Assembly (NCBI GenBank): GCA_001805965.1
Contig: MHHG01000027.1
Coordinates: 477 to 64,476, forward strand
DNA from: Omnitrophica WOR_2 bacterium RIFOXYA2_FULL_38_17
Lineage (GTDB): Bacteria > Omnitrophota > Gorgyraeia > Zapsychrales > Zapsychraceae
Length of the DNA stretch: 64,000 bases
Direction of reading: 5' to 3'
The translations under genes were made by a program, and so were the position numbers. The notes under the pieces were generated by a model. It saw only the letters and a program-made list of their open reading frames with translations, searched no databases and was not told where the DNA came from. Each line of letters starts with the position of its first letter. The stretch's first letter is position 1. This document shows positions 61,989 to 64,000 of this stretch, in pieces.

Positions 61989-62031
61989 CCGGTTTGCCGA
62001 GAAATATTTTTTCGGCAAACCGGTTTTTTTT
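61989..62031 (+). terminator. Strong intrinsic terminator after pilin paralog 4
   Basis: CCGGTTTGCCGA-gaaatatttttt-TCGGCAAACCGG followed by TTTTTTTT. Confidence 0.85.
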
Positions 62032-62237
62032 GCACAAAGAAAAGATTTATCGATGTTTGTTTGTGATTAAATTTTTTGGTAAAATAACGCAAAAAAGACA
62101 AAAAGGGTTTCCGTAAGTTTATGGTAGTGTTAGTTTTGTACGTTTGAAAAATCAATCCCAGCTCTATTCATTTACATAAAAATAATGTATACTTATTGTA
62201 TGAGTCTTAAAATTATTTAAAAAGGGGCGAGTTTGTT

Positions 62238-62621
62238 ATGCTAAGGATTGTTAAGAATAATAGAGCTCAGGCGGTAGTCGGCGAATATGTTATAGTGTTT
62301 TTTATTGCCATCGGAGTTATTACAGCAATGAGCACTTATTTTCAAAGAGTTGTTCAGGGCAGAATTTATGATGCCAGAGATGCAATGGTCAGTCTTACAA
62401 GAAATCAATCAGCAGGATATTTTAACGGCAACATTTTTTTTCATTATGAGCCCTATTATCAAAATACTGATTCAGAAACCTATCGCAGTCTTATTTCGAG
62501 AACTAGTCTTGTCGAGGGGGGGACCAGTGGCATTTACAGGGTCGAATATGATGATCTTTCAAGGATAACTAGCACAAGTGTGACTAAGCCGCCAAGGGAT
62601 GCAGATAAGGAATATGAATAG
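62238..62621 (+). CDS. Flp-like prepilin paralog 5 with extended C-terminal tail (127 aa)
   Basis: MLRIVKNNRA|QAVVGEYVIVFFIAIGVITAMSTYFQRVVQGRIYDARD. The tail contains HYEPYY and resembles paralog 3. Confidence 0.7.
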   Translation: MLRIVKNNRAQAVVGEYVIVFFIAIGVITAMSTYFQRVVQGRIYDARDAMVSLTRNQSAGYFNGNIFFHYEPYYQNTDSETYRSLISRTSLVEGGTSGIYRVEYDDLSRITSTSVTKPPRDADKEYE

Positions 62622-62642
62622 CAAATTAGTCTAGAGGGAAGA

Positions 62643-62996
62643 ATGTTTAAAGGGAATTTACAATTTTGGAAAAATAATAAAGCTCAAAGCATTCTAGAGT
62701 ATTCATTGATCATAGGAATAGTGACGGTGATTTTTTTTAATATGGGGACATTTCTTAAAAGAGGCACGCAGGGGATGATTAAGACGATTGCTGATCAAAT
62801 CGGAGATCAAAGGAATGGTGACCAGATTTTTGATGTTGAAGAAGGCTTTATGGTAAATGCTTTTATTGACACTGATGCCACGACAGAAAAAACAAGAGGG
62901 GAAGATGCCGGTGTCGTAACGCATTATTATAATGATAGGATGCACTCTGAGTCAACGACTGAAACACTCTTAGGCTTTCAGGAAGAAGAAGATTAA
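62643..62996 (+). CDS. Flp-like prepilin paralog 6 with extended C-terminal tail (117 aa)
   Basis: MFKGNLQFWKNNKA|QSILEYSLIIGIVTVIFFNMGTFLKRGTQGMIKTIADQIGDQ. It ends with an acidic C-terminus. Confidence 0.7.
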   Translation: MFKGNLQFWKNNKAQSILEYSLIIGIVTVIFFNMGTFLKRGTQGMIKTIADQIGDQRNGDQIFDVEEGFMVNAFIDTDATTEKTRGEDAGVVTHYYNDRMHSESTTETLLGFQEEED

Positions 62997-63030
62997 AAAA
63001 ATAAAGTTGTTATTGAAACAGGAGAGATTT

Positions 63031-63345
63031 ATGTTTAAAAGAATAAGAAAAGGTCAAACATCAATGGAGTTCCTGATCTTGATGACAGTTATTCTTGCGG
63101 CTTTTTTATCGATAGGGAATTATTTCAAAAGAGGAGTACAGGGAAGATGGAAAACCGCTGTTGATGAATTAGGAGAACAATATGATCCTAGGACGGGAAA
63201 CACTATGCTGGTACATAGGATAATCTCAAATACGGATACGCAGATCATTTCTTTAAACACCACAGGAGGCTGGTGGACGTCGAGAAGAGATATGACGAAT
63301 GTCGTTGAAACTAAATCCGGACATGTTTCCGCTGGGTCATATTAA
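63031..63345 (+). CDS. Flp-like prepilin paralog 7 with extended C-terminal tail (104 aa)
   Basis: The start is taken at ATG 63031 after SD AGGAGAG. MFKRIRKG|QTSMEFLILMTVILAAFLSIGNYFKRGVQGRWKTAVDELGEQYD. Confidence 0.7.
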   Translation: MFKRIRKGQTSMEFLILMTVILAAFLSIGNYFKRGVQGRWKTAVDELGEQYDPRTGNTMLVHRIISNTDTQIISLNTTGGWWTSRRDMTNVVETKSGHVSAGSY

Positions 63346-63388
63346 GTTTATTCTTAATTGTTAAGAATCTGGTGGTTTGAGGGGCGAT

Positions 63389-64000
63389 ATGAAAAAAATT
63401 CATAATAAAGACGATGTTAAAATAAACAAAGAATCTGGCCAGACTGCAATGGAATTGGCGGTTTTTGGTTCAATATTTATTTTTACAATGGGTCTTATTG
63501 TAAGAACTGCTCTTGGTTATGGGTATCAGCAGGGCCAGACTTTGAAGGCGATGAGAATGGCGATGAGAATGTCCTATATGTATTCATCGGGACAGATGGG
63601 CAGCCATGGGGATAACAATGCATCAAGAAATTCAGCAACTGTTGTTTTGATAGAGGACAGGCTGACTTCTTCAAGCGCGAAATATGGTACGGTTGACAGG
63701 GTTCCTTACATGTTGTCGGGGGCAGCCACTCACAGCAGAAATCTTTTTCTTAATATTGATTCCAATGAGGATTTCAGTTTATCAGTTGTTGATTATTGGA
63801 TAAACGGTCAGCGTTTTCCTTTCTCAAATGCGAGGTTTATAAATGTCCCGTTAAACAATGGCAATCCTAACTGGGATCCCATGTGTGCAAGGACAGCTGC
63901 CGGTGCGATCATTGGATGTGTTGCTGTTTACGAAAAAATCCCAAATCACGACGGCATTGATGATTGGGATGCTGGCTGTGACGTATGTTTTGATCTTAAC
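63389..64000 (+). CDS. TadE/TadG-like pseudopilin (N-terminal part; continues beyond window)
   Basis: MKKIHNKDDVKINKESG|QTAMELAVFGSIFIFTMGLIV is a TadE-like N-terminal domain with a Flp-type cleavage motif. The frame is open to the window end (204 codons). Confidence 0.7.
   Translation, partial: MKKIHNKDDVKINKESGQTAMELAVFGSIFIFTMGLIVRTALGYGYQQGQTLKAMRMAMRMSYMYSSGQMGSHGDNNASRNSATVVLIEDRLTSSSAKYGTVDRVPYMLSGAATHSRNLFLNIDSNEDFSLSVVDYWINGQRFPFSNARFINVPLNNGNPNWDPMCARTAAGAIIGCVAVYEKIPNHDGIDDWDAGCDVCFDLN

Overview
This 64 kb window is a low-GC bacterial chromosome segment centred on the replication origin.

Minus-strand block, 1 to 35836. Every convincing gene here is on the minus strand:
- a HAD beta-phosphoglucomutase fragment and a peptidoglycan-binding lipoprotein;
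- a radical SAM/B12 enzyme fused to a polytopic membrane domain;
- an ADP-forming acetyl-CoA synthetase;
- a molybdenum-cofactor operon in the order moeA, moaA, moaC, a MOSC protein, mogA/moaB, and a ModA-like mini protein;
- glnS, tRNA-Gln, a small lipoprotein and gltX;
- a PilZ protein, ymdB and rny;
- 5-formyl-THF cyclo-ligase, rarA, pheST and trkHA;
- the conserved thrS-infC-rpmI-rplT cluster, with an AUU start for infC, preceded by tRNA-Cys, tRNA-Leu and tRNA-Val;
- coaC, rpoZ, gmk and yicC;
- parB and parA with two parS sites;
- jag (N-terminal domain only), yidC and rpmH.

Origin and plus-strand block. At the rpmH/dnaA intergenic region (about 35.8 to 36.4 kb) gene orientation flips, and everything after it is on the plus strand:
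- dnaA, dnaN, a DciA (DUF721) homologue, gyrB and gyrA;
- tRNA-Glu with a terminator;
- an SGNH hydrolase and a secreted FGE-sulfatase-domain protein;
- a 2-hydroxyacid dehydrogenase, a GST, a nitrilase-family hydrolase, malate dehydrogenase and a parvulin.

Most unusual region, 52.3 kb to the window end: an atypical Tad/Flp-type pilus locus. It contains:
- cpaB;
- a secretin carrying a C-terminal TonB_C domain;
- a single polypeptide fusing a CpaE/TadZ-like ParA ATPase to a CpaF/TadA secretion ATPase;
- a DUF192 protein;
- a 674-aa orphan protein;
- a tandem array of seven Flp-type prepilin paralogs, one short canonical pilin and six carrying divergent C-terminal tails;
- the start of a TadE-like pseudopilin.

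The 674-aa gene and the flp array share a conserved promoter element. No CRISPR array, rRNA or obvious mobile element was seen.
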